Part shown: piece by piece, positions 1 to 12,664 of the stretch
Numbering within the stretch: position 1 is the first letter of the stretch
How the letters are laid out: the number at the start of each line of letters is the position of its first letter
DNA from: Octopus sinensis
Taxonomy: Eukaryota
Length of the DNA stretch: 64,000 nucleotides
Direction: 5' to 3'
NCBI RefSeq assembly: GCF_006345805.1
Contig: NC_043003.1
Location: 99,076,001 to 99,140,000 of the forward strand
Translations under genes and position numbers: made by a program
Notes under the pieces: model-generated
What the model saw: only the letters and a program-made list of their open reading frames with translations
Told to the model about the DNA's origin: nothing
Database searches by the model: none

Positions 1-854
1 TTAGTTAATTTTGGTTACAGAAGATTTATGTATTAAATTCCCACTAACACAATTATTTTTAAAACTTTTAAATCTTAAGTTCTTAAATTAAGAGCAGCCG
101 CATTTAAACAAATAATGAGCATAATAATAGCAACGTTACATAGATTAATAATTATAGAGGGAAATTAATCTTCGCCTACTAAATTAAAGCAATAATTTAT
201 TAAATCATTGATTCTTTAAGGTATTTAATCCCGTCTTCCGAGCTATGTAAATATCCTCTCTGTTCTTCTAAATGGGTTCCTTTATAATTTAAGAAAGAAA
301 AGCTGCAACACTTCACTGGTTGTCATAATTAGACAAATATTTATTTCCTCCCTTAAGGGATATACCCCACACATGAATATTTATTTGTATGAAGGTTTTG
401 TTTCAACATGTTAGTAATAGGAGAAGGGGTAGTATTGTTGATTGGCGAATTAATGCGGTTGATGTTGCACTTGAGCATCTAGAGATCAATGTCTACAAAT
501 GTATTTGATCCAAATGTTTAGAAGGGAGTAAATATTTGGAGCATTTACTACACAACTCTAATTACTAGCTTGGTGGTATTAAACAGGACGGCATGTAAAA
601 AGAATGTCAAAATTGTATTTAACTTTTTAAAACCCCAACCATAAATTAAATATAGGTGAACATGTAGTTTTTGGCCGAAGAAAGGGAAAGAAAATTGCTC
701 TAAAAATAATCTAAGTAAATTGCGAGAGAAACCAGAAGTGACGTTAGGGAAATCACATAATTTCATGCAAGCAATGTATGTGACCGTAACCAATGTATAG
801 AACCTTCTACTTATTTCTTGCTTTATGCTCTTATTTGCTGGGGCTGTGGTCATC

Positions 855-1125
855 CTAGGCTAGTGGTTCCAGAGACGTCGTCATGAGTAGAGCCGACCAG
901 ATCCACAGTACTCTCCATCGCCGGCGGTCCTCTGCCAGCCCCTCTGCATCCTCCAAGGTGACGTCGAGCCTCAGGAGATCTTATTCACGTCCAGCCATCT
1001 GGTGCGGGCCTGCTACGAGTCCTCTTCCAGCCTGCGACGATGCTGCGTCGGAAGAGAGTAAAGCCCTAGTAAGATGTTCTAGCGGGAGACGGAAGACACG
1101 CAAATACCAGCGCATGCTGGTATGA
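855..1125 (-). mobile_element. RTE-clade LINE, 3' fragment (decayed RT C-terminus)
   Basis: Minus strand, with frameshifts, reads ..RLPLEHLTRALL..GWKR.R.RP/RTRWLD../DLLRLDVTLEDAEGLAEDRRRW, the typical RTE ORF C-terminal GRPR.RW.D...DR..WR motif. Confidence 0.75.
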
Positions 1126-1559
1126 GGTGGGAGGCTAAGGGCTGATGCGTGCACGCGCACAATTCTTTGTTAAATACGCAACATTGCCATCACAGATGAC
1201 CGAGAGAAGTCCTAGACGGAAGAAGCAGAGCACCTGGTGGGTATATACATTGGAAAGGTGGAGCTTAGCTTCTGTAGGTGTCCGGAGACGTAAAATAATA
1301 AAGGAATTTTTTATATTCATTTTATGAAACTTTAGGATGTCACTGCCGTAGCTTCCGTTGTCGCACTTTATTTTTAAATGATTTTAAGACTATTTATTTT
1401 CACTTTTTTACGTTCTTAAGCTACATGTTAACCTAAAAGAAAAATAATGTTAGTTGATGGTATAATATTAGATTTTCGAAATTTCTGGCAAATGTGGAAG
1501 GCAACTCCCGTTTTCCACGTCTCAAACAACGTTTTTAAATTCTCAAACATTAATAGCAT

Positions 1560-1738
1560 AATCATCATCGGGATGCCCACCACCACCACCACCACTGCCA
1601 CCATCTCCACAAACACCACAACCATCGTCACCGCCGTCTCCACCACCACCACCGCCGCCGCCACCATCATTTTCACATACACGACCGTCGTTACCACAGC
1701 CATCCGCCATCATCATAAGAATCCGCGTCACTACTGGC

Positions 1739-1770
<32 letters not shown>

Positions 1771-2700
1771 CCACAAACACCAACCATCTCTAATATAACC
1801 ACCACCGCTACTATGATCCTCATCATCGCCACCATAACCACCGCTACCACAACCGCTGAAAACGACAATCATTATCCCCAGCACCAGCGCCACCATGGAG
1901 ACCAAAACCATAATCATCACCACAGTAATTCTCACGGCTACCATTACTATAACTACCACCACCCCCAACACCACCACCACCAACAACAACCAAAACTGGC
2001 ACCAGCACTACCAAAACCACCACGTATATCACCACCAACACCACCACCTTCACCACAATCATCACCACCAACACCAACACCTTCACCACAACCATCACCA
2101 CCAACAACACCACCTTTACCACAACTATCACCACCAACACCACCACCAATACCACCACTACCGCCACCAACACGAATACCTATTTCTTTACTACCCACAA
2201 GGGGCTAAACACAGAAAGGACAAACAAAAACAGACAAACGGATTAAGTCGATTATATTGACCCCAGTGCGTAACTGGTACTTATTTAATCGACCCCGAAA
2301 GGATAAAAGGCAAAGTCGACCTCGGCGGAATTTGAACTCAGAACGTAACGGCAAACGAAATACTGCGAAGCATTTCGCCCGGCGTGCCAACGTTTCTGCC
2401 AACTCGCCGCCTTAACACGAATACCACCATCAATACCACCAACAATACCGACACCTTCACCACCACCAACACCACCACCCATACCACCACTAATGCCACC
2501 ACCACCGCCACCAGCACCACCACCAACACCACCACAAACTCCACCTCCGACACTACCACCAACACCAACACTAACACCACACCAACACCACCACAAACAG
2601 CACCACAAACTCCACCTCCGACACTACCACCAATACCAGCACTAACACCACACCAATACCAACACTACCACCACCATCTCAACGACCACAAACCATCAAC
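1560..2700. repeat. Low-complexity (ACC/CAC/CAA)n trinucleotide tract, split by a SINE
   Basis: Degenerate ACC/CAA repeats at 1560-2170 and 2426-2700; pure (CAA)n at about 1738-1770. Confidence 0.9.
2181..2413 (-). mobile_element. SINE family A (tRNA-like head GGCGGCGAGCTGGCAGAAACG..., tail ..GTGGGTAGTAAAGAAATA), full length
   Basis: 12-bp TSD AACACGAATACC at 2169-2180 and 2414-2425; B-box-like GAGTTCAAATTCC; many near-identical copies in the window. Confidence 0.9.
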
Positions 2701-3645
2701 ACAGTTATGTTGCTCTTCTATCATCTTCTAGCCTCTCATACACAGCTGTGTTATTCAGTGCATCGCCATCGGTCGGTAACTTCGACAAATAGAGGAGAAT
2801 CAAACACACAAACACACAAACACACAACTAACAAACAACTATACAAAAATAACAACAACAACAACAATTGGAGCAGCGAAACAGTAATCATAAAATATCA
2901 TATCAAGGTTATATAGCAGACATTAAGTTGGGGCAACGTTGGGAGGAAAGAGAAAAGATGAGACGAAATGCGAAGGAGTGAGATATTTCACGGAAAACGA
3001 TGTGTATGAACATCGCGATGGAAATAATGAGAAAGAAGGAGCAGGGGTGGAGGAAAGATTAGGAAATATGCATTGATCGGTGGTGGGGTTGATGGCGACA
3101 GTGGTGAGTGATAATCGTCGACATTGTCACGTGTTTAGTCACGAATAATTAGCAACGCTATCGTAAAAGAACATCCTTGTAACAATGTAGATATCCACGC
3201 TGCCGCCATTATCAGTAACATTGCCATACCGTACCACTGCTGCCACCTTTACTACCTGGAGAATATTGAGCCAATGAAAGCGCTCCTATTTGGTCAATCG
3301 ATCTGCTAGTCTTAAGAGCTAACATTCCATGAAATTACCCCGGCAAAGTAGTCATAGATACGAATGTAGTCACAGATATGAAATGTTTGTTAAAAGACGG
3401 GATGGTCATGTCTGCCGCGTTTTAAATCGGGGTTTCGGGATTGATTCGGAATAAAACAACAGCGTATATGTATATATGTATGTATGTGTGTATGTGCGTG
3501 AGAATGTATGTATGCATGTATGTGTATGTGTGTGTATGTGTATGTGTAGTGAGAAAGAAACAGAGAGAGAAGAACGCGATAGAAAGACAGCAAATATTGA
3601 GCAGTCCTAGCTCTCACCTTTTGTTGTCTGTATTTATATATATTT

Positions 3646-3680
<35 letters not shown>

Positions 3681-3699
3681 TGTGTGTGTGTATTCCTGG

Positions 3700-3900
3700 C
3701 ATTGATCTTTCCAAAGCCCTTTGCGTCGTAGCCAATCCATGCTAGGAATACCATTACGAGAACATATTCGGAATGAGATAATTCGCGAAAGGAACGGAGT
3801 TAACGATGTGATCGCAGAGTACCGAAAGCGCAAGTTTTGCTGGGCTGGGTACGTCACTATGTTCGCAGACAACAAGAGGATCTGTGCAGTTGCCGAGTGG
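3700..3900 (+). mobile_element. RTE-clade LINE fragment
   Basis: ORF 3721-3921: MLGIPLREHIRNEIIRERNGVNDVIAEYRKRKFCWAGYV resembles the RTE C-terminal MLG..LRD.IRNE.IR..TGV.D...RK..WAGHV motif. Confidence 0.75.
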
Positions 3901-4000
3901 TTGACCATTCCTAAAGCGTGAAAACCACTCGTAAACTTGTGTTTTGCTCATGGCAGATGCAAAATTATAGCCAACAACAACAAGAATCAAGTAATATGGG
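3901..4000 (-). mobile_element. mariner transposase N-terminal (HTH) fragment
   Basis: ORF 3754-3990: AMSKTQVYEWFSRFRNG, the conserved mariner HTH segment. Confidence 0.7.
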
Positions 4001-4744
4001 CGACTTACTGGAAGATTCAGAATTCCATTTTAAATAACGTCAAAGATTCAAAGCAAAAATGAGTTTACTTTTGCATATGAAAACTTAATCTACGTCATAA
4101 CTTTTTCAGAATGTGGTCAGAACTACATAGAGGAAACAAGAATGACTCTAAAGCAGAGAACGACTCTACATAGAGAAGAAATCCGCTTCCCAAGTTATAG
4201 ACAAATACCACTCAGTGAAAACATCGACAAATGTGTGGGAAACCTACAATTAAACTTCAAAATATTGCCTTTATATCAATGCAGTAACATCTGTAAAAGA
4301 GCGGTTAAACAGAGAGACCACATTCATTGAAAAATATCAACCACGCTTAATATGAACATATAACCAATTTTGGAATATGTAAATATTTTAGTTCACAGTT
4401 ATTTTTTTTAACACACATATAATCACTTTCCAAAAAAAATGAAATTACTTCCCCTGTTTCTAATATTAACGATCACCTATTACCTCCACTAAAACTTATT
4501 TACCTACCGATCCATTAACAAAATATCTGTTCTCCTTCCAACACAGAACAACAACTTATCATAGCGCGAAATTATAACATTACCACTAACTACTTAGTCA
4601 TGAATAGCATAAGCCAAACCGGTTGACTATGTAAATATTTTATTCATAAATATATTAATTCCAGCATAAAATTCCTTCGCATGTTCTTCCTTTTTAAAAT
4701 TTTGTTCTACAATTCATCACGTGGAATTTTTCTCGAACGTCTTT

Positions 4745-5845
4745 GAACTGAAAGGTTCATAGGCTGACTATGAACGAATGATGCTAGAACTATGAAACTT
4801 TGCATGAATTTATTTCAACCCTTCTTATTAATAAGTGCCTTGTTTTTTTTCCTGGTAAACTGACATCTGAATCTTCAAAGAAGACTTCAAATGTAACTGG
4901 TAACGACTTCTCTTGAAAATGAAGAAAATTTGGCCTCGTGATTTTATCAAATACCTGCAGAAAAAGGCTTTCGCCACTAAGGACATTCAATCTGACATGT
5001 TTGCTACTTTAGGGGATGATATTCCAGCTTTACCAACAGTGAAAAAGTGGGTAGGTAAATTTAGAAGGAGAAGGGTGAATCTTGAAGCTGACCTAAAGTC
5101 TGGACGTCCTACAACTGCCACCACAAAGGAAAACATTGATCATGTTCGCCACATGGTGACGAATGACCAGTGATAGACTATAAATCAAATAGCAATGCTA
5201 TTAGCATATCCAGTGAGAGAGTTGAGAATATTCTGCACAATGAACTTGACATAATGAAGGTTTCTTGCTTGGTGGGTGCCACGTCTTCTGAACCTGATCA
5301 AAACGCACTAAGCCGATCTCATCACGAGAAAGTCTGACATTGTTTGAGGCAGATCCAGCTAGCTTCCTTGAATGTTTCCTAACCAAAAAATGAATGAGTG
5401 TTGAGTTCATCACTTTGAGCCAGAGAAAATTTATGCTATGGCGACATCTCTCATCACTTGCTCTAAAGAATGCCATGGTCGTTTCATCTGCAGGGAAGGT
5501 GATGGCCTCAGTTTTGGTGGGATGCAAAAGCACTCTTTATATTGACTATCTTCAAAAGGGCCACACTATCAATGGAGAGTATTGTGCCAACTTGTTGGGA
5601 TACTAGCGAACGGCTATAAAAGCAAAACACCCAAGAAAAGTGACGAAAGTGGTCTTGCTTCGTCTGGACAGTGCTCCAGCACACAAGTTTTGGATCTCGA
5701 TGGTTGTTGTGCGTCACTATAGCTTTGAACTGGTTGATCTGCTTCTATTCTCTGATCTCCCCCCCCCCACCTATCTAGCTATCATCTGTTCTCCAACATG
5801 AAATACACTTGGCTGGGAACCAGTATCGCAATGATAATGAGGTCA
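4745..5845 (+). mobile_element. Decayed mariner transposon (transposase pseudogene, 3' end truncated)
   Basis: KYLQKK..DMFATLGDDIPALPTVKKW..SGRPTTATTKENID; SSAGKVMASV..IDYLQKGHTINGEYCANLL; AGNQYRNDNEV; multiple stops and frameshifts; TIR-like GAAAGGTTCATAGGCTGAC at about 4750. Confidence 0.9.
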
Positions 5846-7662
5846 ACTCTCACTCTCTTCTTTTCTCTCTCTTCTTATCTCTCTCTCTCTCTTGCGCAAT
5901 GTACACACATACATACACAGACACACGCACTTACACACACTCAGCTGTAATAGACGTCATCAGGGTACACCAGCATAGTCACTGTCGGATGGATGAAATT
6001 AGTAAAAGAGCATAAATGAACATACACATAATTAATTGAAAGTTCACTAATTAATCATCACATACAAAACGCAATGCCAATGCGGAGCAGCATTAAAAAG
6101 ATACAAATGTGTAGAATCGAGAGGAGGAAGGGAAAAAGAGAGAGAGAAGGGGAGGAAGTGAGAGAGAGACGCAGACGAAATAACAAAGGGAGAAGGGAAG
6201 AGATATATAGGAAATTACTGCCGTCATCAGCGGAAGTGTAGTTTTCATCATTACTTGTTGGCCCTGCAGTTAGTAGCCTTCTGTATAGAAATGATCGTTG
6301 AAAATTAAGAAAAACAAACCTTGGATCATGTTGGTAAATGAGATTAACTGATGGCAAATAAAGGGGATTAATTGATAATTCAATTACACAGAGGCACTGA
6401 CCGCATTGTTTCTACCAGAATATTACAGTCAAAGTATGTGGACTACCCTGAGAATTCGGGGCGAATTTCAATCTGGAAAATTTCTACTTGTAAGCCCTCG
6501 TTTTAAATCTCACTTTTAAGCTTGCGTATGATAATTTACTACTATTGGCTGGCAGATATCAGCACGGATCTACGAATAGTCTGTTCGCAAAAATTGTCAA
6601 TAAAACTATTGGCCTTTCTTATATTCGTTGGCCAGTGGTGCTTCTAACTGACGAGAAACAACATGTCGAAACACCGGTGTTCCAGGATTTTTGTACTAAT
6701 GAATCGAGTATGTTATGAACACATATTCGTCGTAAAGGAGAAGCTGATTTCCTGTGATGAACACAACAGCGGATAGTATATTCATGTTTGAATCTGCCGG
6801 AAAATATTCAGAATAAATATGCTAGTATCGTTTTGGATCTCGATGTTCACTGTACATATGACGATTTATTTATAATATCTACTGTAAAATGATCTTTTCG
6901 ACTATAGTTCTGTTGTTTACTGGGTTGCTTTTACTATGTGTTTGTGTATGTGTTTATGTGTGGGTGCATGTGTATTGTGTGTGTAAATACGATGAACAAT
7001 AAAAAGGACAACAGGAGGAACGAAGTTCGACAAATATGGTATTAGTTTAAATCTTAAATGGGAAGAGAAAGTGTCTTAATATTTTGAGCATTAGTCCCTT
7101 CATCAGAAAAAAGAGAGAAGCATAAAGCTCGTTACGAAGGGAAAGAGTGAAAACAAATTGGTGAAGGCTGAAGGATATGGCTCCATTGAAGTGATTTCCA
7201 TCAAGCTTAGACCTCAGTACATGATACAAGTGTACAAATTTTATCTTCTAGTATTCGGTACTTCCCTACTGTGATACTTCAGCAGCTAGGATTTATCAAG
7301 TGACTCTTAATATCATGATGTGTGTGTGTTTCTGCGTGTGTGTGTGTGTTCACACACACGCACATATATATGTATGTTTGCATGTATGTATGTATTTATT
7401 GTATGTATGCATACGCATATACATATATGAATACATGCTTACATATTCGGTTTATTCACTTCTGACAATATGACCAGATATTTCAACTCTTTCGTTTTCT
7501 ACGGACTCCGAAAACGTGAGAGGTGAGGGATTTAACGATGTTCTAAGGAAATATTAAACCGAAAACGAAACCGTTCTGATTTTTCAGTTTTGAGTCCTTC
7601 CTTTATTGTAACTGATTGTAAAAATCTCTGTTTCCTTGTCTCACTTTTCCTCTTTCTCTCTC

Positions 7663-7712
<50 letters not shown>

Positions 7713-9014
7713 ATAAACTATACATAGAAGCTAATTGTTCATTGTCGTTGCTCTAAATTTTATGACAAAAATCGGCTTTCATCATGAAACTCAGACACAA
7801 CGTTTGCATATGAACAGTTAATGTGTATATATTTTTTCAAATAAATGAAATTTCGAGAAGAACTGGGTGAGCAGATCGGTTTGCCTTTTGGTGTGGTTGA
7901 CACAAAATAGCTTAAACTACTAGAGATATTTTTGATGTCTTTTGAACACAAGTGAAAAGAAAGGGATTTCCAGGGAACTGTAATTCCAGGAAGAAATTAT
8001 TGGAGAAATAATTGATAAATTATATTATCATTGCAGAGAGTTTGAAGCGTGACTTATACTGAGAGTAACATAAGGGGAATATGCTGAGGCATAAATCAAA
8101 AACAAGCATTCGAGGTTTAAACGAATAAATACAAGAAGTAATTCAAGAGAACATCGGAAAACTGCCAATCCGTCAAAGCCACATGAAATCACAACATAAA
8201 CATTGATATTTTCGATTATTGTTATAACAACAACAACACTCAGCAGTAACCTTACCACATCAAACATCGCGTTAACACCAGAACGAACGCGGGAACGTCT
8301 ATGTGGTCGCTAGCTTAACCTATAGAAATAGCAGCTAAATACCTTGAAATAATAGCTTAACCGTCTTGAATAGCATAATACATTAGAGAATGTAGTGAAA
8401 GATACTCCTTAAAAGACGGGAAAACCAAATTTAGCAGCCCTTAATCAAGTAAGGGTCACCTGGGGCTAAACAACAAAGGCAATAACTAATACTGCACTCA
8501 ACAACAACAATGATAACAGCAATAATAATAATAAATAGAAAACTTCTTAAGACAGTCACCAAAAACTTCACATTGCTATCTTAGGTTTAGTATGTCAGCG
8601 TATTTCTTCAAAGAGCAGCAAGTTATTTTAACTTGTCTAATAATTCAGAACGTTGCAAACATCAAAGATATAAGTATATCGGTGCACCGCCTTCAGTCGC
8701 GACTGTTCTATGTTGTTGATGCAATATCTACAGAACATTAGGGGAGATATCTTTGATCGTTTCAACGATTCCTCACTGGTGAATCAGCGAACTTTTGGTT
8801 TATACTCTTAAGTACAATTCTTCTATAAATCAGTTGATACAAACTAGAGACACTCATAGCTGTGTGGTTAAGAATCTCGTTTGCAACCACGTTTAGGGTT
8901 CACTCGCACTGCATGCCACCTTGGACAAATGTTTTCTCCTATAGGCCTGGACTGACCAATACCTTGTGAGTGCCTCTGGTAGATGGAAACTGTATGTAAG
9001 CTTGTCGTATATGT

Positions 9015-9046
<32 letters not shown>

Positions 9047-9052
<6 letters not shown>

Positions 9053-9190
9053 AAAATTATAATTTAGGATATCTAAGAGATACGACCACGCTTGAAATAG
9101 CAACCAAAACTTGACTCAAGAGTCCAGTTTTGGCTGTTATTTCAAGTGTGGTGGTATCTCTTAGACACCCTAAATTATAATTTTAATAAT
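9047..9190. repeat. Fold-back (inverted repeat) insert, about 65-bp arms
   Basis: ATTATTAAAATTATAATTTAGG..CAAAACT versus AGTTTTGG..CCTAAATTATAATTTTAATAAT; loop contains GACTC-AA-GAGTC. Confidence 0.9.
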
Positions 9191-9322
9191 AATTATTACC
9201 TTTGAAGGTTTTTATTCCCATGCTAGTCACTTGATAAGTTCGATATTTAAATATCCATCTTATTGTTATTTATATAAATATATATGTGTGTGTGTGTGTG
9301 GTGTGTGTGTGTGTGTGTGTGT

Positions 9323-9407
<85 letters not shown>

Positions 9408-9410
<3 letters not shown>

Positions 9411-9913
9411 CTCATTTATAATTTTATAAATTTAACCATGCGGCAGTTAATATTTTATTTGATGCGGCATACGTTCCAATGGAGTCTAGGCATGCTTTTG
9501 GCGCGGAATTTGAGACATACCTAAAAATGTAATTGGTTGGACCGCTCGTGTTTTTGACGCTCGAATCGATCTAATTAATTGCATTTCTGACAAACTCTAC
9601 CGAAGATTTATGGATGCAAGTGTAAGTAAAACTACATATTGCATTAGTAATGAAACAATTGTATAGAGTCAATCTATTTTATTCGTTGTATTTCACTTTC
9701 CTTCAGTTAAATGTGTGTTGATTCTAGTTGGAAACGGATCTTCTGTGGTTGCTTCGGAGCTATTTTTAGCACTAGAGTTATCCACATAGTGGATAACTCT
9801 CTAATAATTTATGTATAAATTTGTATTTTCTCCGTAGTTTTTGTGCTAAGCCACTTGGTGTTAAATTGATGGTATTATTAAATTAATATCGATTTTTCAC
9901 CCTCATTTATAAT

Positions 9914-9914
<1 letters not shown>
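9408..9914. repeat. About 500-bp unit bounded by a 15-bp direct repeat CCCTCATTTATAATT, between (TA)n tracts
   Basis: Repeat at about 9408 and 9900; related sequence at 54355-54390; perfect 12-bp hairpin at 9774-9800. Confidence 0.6.
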
Positions 9915-9969
<55 letters not shown>

Positions 9970-10098
9970 GTGTGGGGGGGATGTATGTATGTATGTATCT
10001 ATGTATGTATATATGGCAAATGAAAGACGGAAGCTGGAATTTCATTTTACTATCCATTATATATAATAATAATGATAATAATAATAATAATAATAATA

Positions 10099-10129
<31 letters not shown>

Positions 10130-10154
10130 TAAGTAAGTAAGTAAGTAAGTAAAC

Positions 10155-10278
10155 AGAAGATGGATTTGGTATTAGTCTTTATTTTATACGACGATCGTTT
10201 CGAGTCATCCTGCTATTATTTCTTATGGGTCCAAACGATCGTCGTATAAAATAAAGACTAATACCAAATCTATCTTCT
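10155..10278. repeat. Fold-back insert, 46-bp arms (1 mismatch), 32-nt spacer
   Basis: 10155-10200 is the reverse complement of 10233-10278. Confidence 0.9.
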
Positions 10279-10437
10279 CTTTATTTAATCAATTATTATT
10301 ACCTCAACTAACAATGCGAAATTTCTGAAGTAGCTCCAACAGAAATATAACCCAACACATTAACACACTAATCGACATATAGCCATTAGTCCAAAATATT
10401 ACAGGCATACATACATACATACATACATACATACGTA

Positions 10438-10514
<77 letters not shown>

Positions 10515-10745
10515 GCACTAGATGAGCCAAAAGTTACGCACATATAAGTTCAATACGGTCCAGAACTGTCAAAGACTTGCTTCATTTTCTCTAAAATTGA
10601 ATAAAATAAATAATGATGAATACACACTTACCTGTACATGATGAAACAAATTAGTAATAGTAATAGTCATAATAATAACGTAATGAAATGTCAACTGTTT
10701 TGGTGCCTGACATTTGTCTCATCCTATACACACACACAACATATA

Positions 10746-11344
10746 TTTCGGAATTACAACAATTGGTGGCTTGGAGTTTTAACTGTTCTTTCTAGCGAGT
10801 CAGATATCCTATTCTTCGGGTATCTCTTTTGTGTTTGAACGTACACTGTATTCTTCTTTGAATAATATATAGTCTATTGACTAATTTTTTCTTTCTTGCT
10901 AGACCACTGGTAACTAAGAATTTTTCTATGAATATTCTTGCTACCCTAAGATTTTAATTAATGATAAAATGTTTTTTGGCTAGTTCTGGAAGAAAATCAG
11001 CATTTTATTTTTTTAGTGCTGGTTGAGTTCCGCTTCTGCGAGGTAGATTCGAAAAAGTAGAACCTATAGACACGCGGCGGGTTATTTATCGCTCCGTGCC
11101 TATGTGTTCAGTCCTGGCAACCTACTGAAGAAGCAGCGCCAGATATATGCTGAGATTATTTTATTTCAGTCTGTATTTAAGTCTGCAGAAACCTTGCAGG
11201 GTCTAGGATTAAGGTAAAAGTATTTATTTTCCAATCACTTTCGGAATTACAACAATTGGTGGCTTGGAGTTTTAACTGCTCTTTCTAGCAAGTCAGATAT
11301 CCTATTCTTCGGGTATCTCTTTTGTGTTTGAACGTACACTGTAT

Positions 11345-11347
<3 letters not shown>
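10746..11347. repeat. 109-bp direct repeats flanking a 384-bp core (LTR/pLTR-like or partial tandem duplication)
   Basis: 10746-10854 and 11239-11347 are identical except for 2 substitutions. Confidence 0.8.
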
Positions 11348-11399
<52 letters not shown>

Positions 11400-12215
11400 C
11401 TCGTGTATGTGTTTTGTCTCCCTATCACTTGACAACTGGTGTTACTTTGTTAACATCCCCGTAATCTTGCTGTTCGGCAAAGCACACCGTTAGTATAAGT
11501 AAGTCAAAGGATCAAAGGTCCTTCCCAAGTCATAGGCTCATAAGGCCGTTTTCCCGGATTCTGTGTCGAACGCATTCTCGTAACCTAGCCGGTCCGTCGC
11601 AGGATTACTCATTTTTGCCAGCTAAGTGGTATAAAGTTGAGAACGTAAAATAAAAACAGTTTGCTCAAGAACACAACGCATCACCTATTTAAGAAATCGA
11701 AATCACAACCTTATGATCATGAGTGCAACACCCTAACAACTAATCCATACCCCTCCACAGTATAAGTAAACGCCAGACTTAAAATAAGTAGCAACGTCAA
11801 TGTGTTTGACTAAACCTACAAAGCAGTGCTCCAACATGACTATTGTCAAATGACTTCTTCTCTACTACTCCGCCGGTTACGACGATGAGGGTCCCAGCTG
11901 ATACGATCAACGGAACAGCTTGCTCGTGAAATTAACGTGCAAATGGCTGAGCATTCCACAGACACGTGTACCCTTAACGTAGTTCTCGGGGAAAATCAGC
12001 GTGACACAGAGAGTGACAAGGCTGACCCTTTGAAATACAAGTACAACTCATTTTTGCCAGCTGAGTGGACTGGAGCAACGTGAAATAAAGTGTCTTGCTC
12101 AAGGACACAACGCGTCGCCGGGAATCGAACTCACAACCTTACGATCATGAGCCGAATGCCCTAACCACTAAGCCACGCGCCCTCACTGTCAAATGACTAA
12201 ACCAAGAGTAAAACG
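11400..12215. mobile_element. Nested SINE cluster: family C tail (+) carrying two independent CORE-type SINE insertions (-)
   Basis: TSD AGTATAAGTAA at 11492-11502 and 11759-11769; TSD TGTCAAATGACT at 11844-11855 and 12187-12198. Confidence 0.85.
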
Positions 12216-12242
12216 GTAAATAGCTAGTGATATAAAGAAAAG

Positions 12243-12550
12243 TGTGGAGGCGCAATGGCCCAGTGGTTAGGGCAGCGGACTTGCGGTCGGAGGATCGCGG
12301 TTTCGATTCCCAGACCGGGCGTTGTGTGTGTTTATTGAGCGAAAACACCTAACAGCTCCACGAGGCTCCGGCAGAGGGTGGTGGCGACCCTGTTGTACTC
12401 TTTCGCCGCAACTTTCTCTCACTCTCTCTTCCTGTTTCTTGAGTAACGCTGCAATGGACTAACGTCCCGTCCAGCTGGGGGGAACACATACGCTACAGAA
12501 ACCGGGAAACCAGGCCCATGAGTCTGGCTAGGCTTGAAAAACGCGACGTT
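12243..12550 (+). mobile_element. tRNA-derived SINE, head GAGGCGCAATGGCCCAGTGG (family B, head 1 / tail 1)
   Basis: A/B boxes TGGCCCAGTGG and GGTTTCGATTCC; possible TSD TATAAAGAA at about 12231 and 12556; same head at 39450. Confidence 0.8.
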
Positions 12551-12664
12551 TATCGTTATAAAGAAGAGTTCATTTTGCACCAAAAGCCGATATGAGAGTT
12601 TCTGTCATGGCATCTACCGCAGTATAGTTTGTTCTAGCAGAACGTCCACGTTTAAGTGGGGATG

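Noticed and set aside
548-853. 101-aa minus-strand ORF faintly resembling a LINE C-terminus
   Set aside because: It starts in the RTE tail, and the Cys/His spacing does not match zf-RVT well enough to call
1447-2208. 253-aa Thr/Gln/His/Pro-rich ORF (mucin- or extensin-like)
   Set aside because: It lies in an ACC/CAA low-complexity tract where stops are rare in several frames, ends inside a SINE, and has no recognisable domain or splice support
11131-11175. CTGAAGA-AGCA..TGCT-GAGA as a hammerhead
   Set aside because: GAGA replaces GAAA and no stem I or stem III pairing can be drawn
12243-12325. tRNA gene calls at SINE heads (also 12110-12186, 39375-39450 and others)
   Set aside because: A/B boxes are present but there is no proper cloverleaf, and each continues into a SINE body and tail
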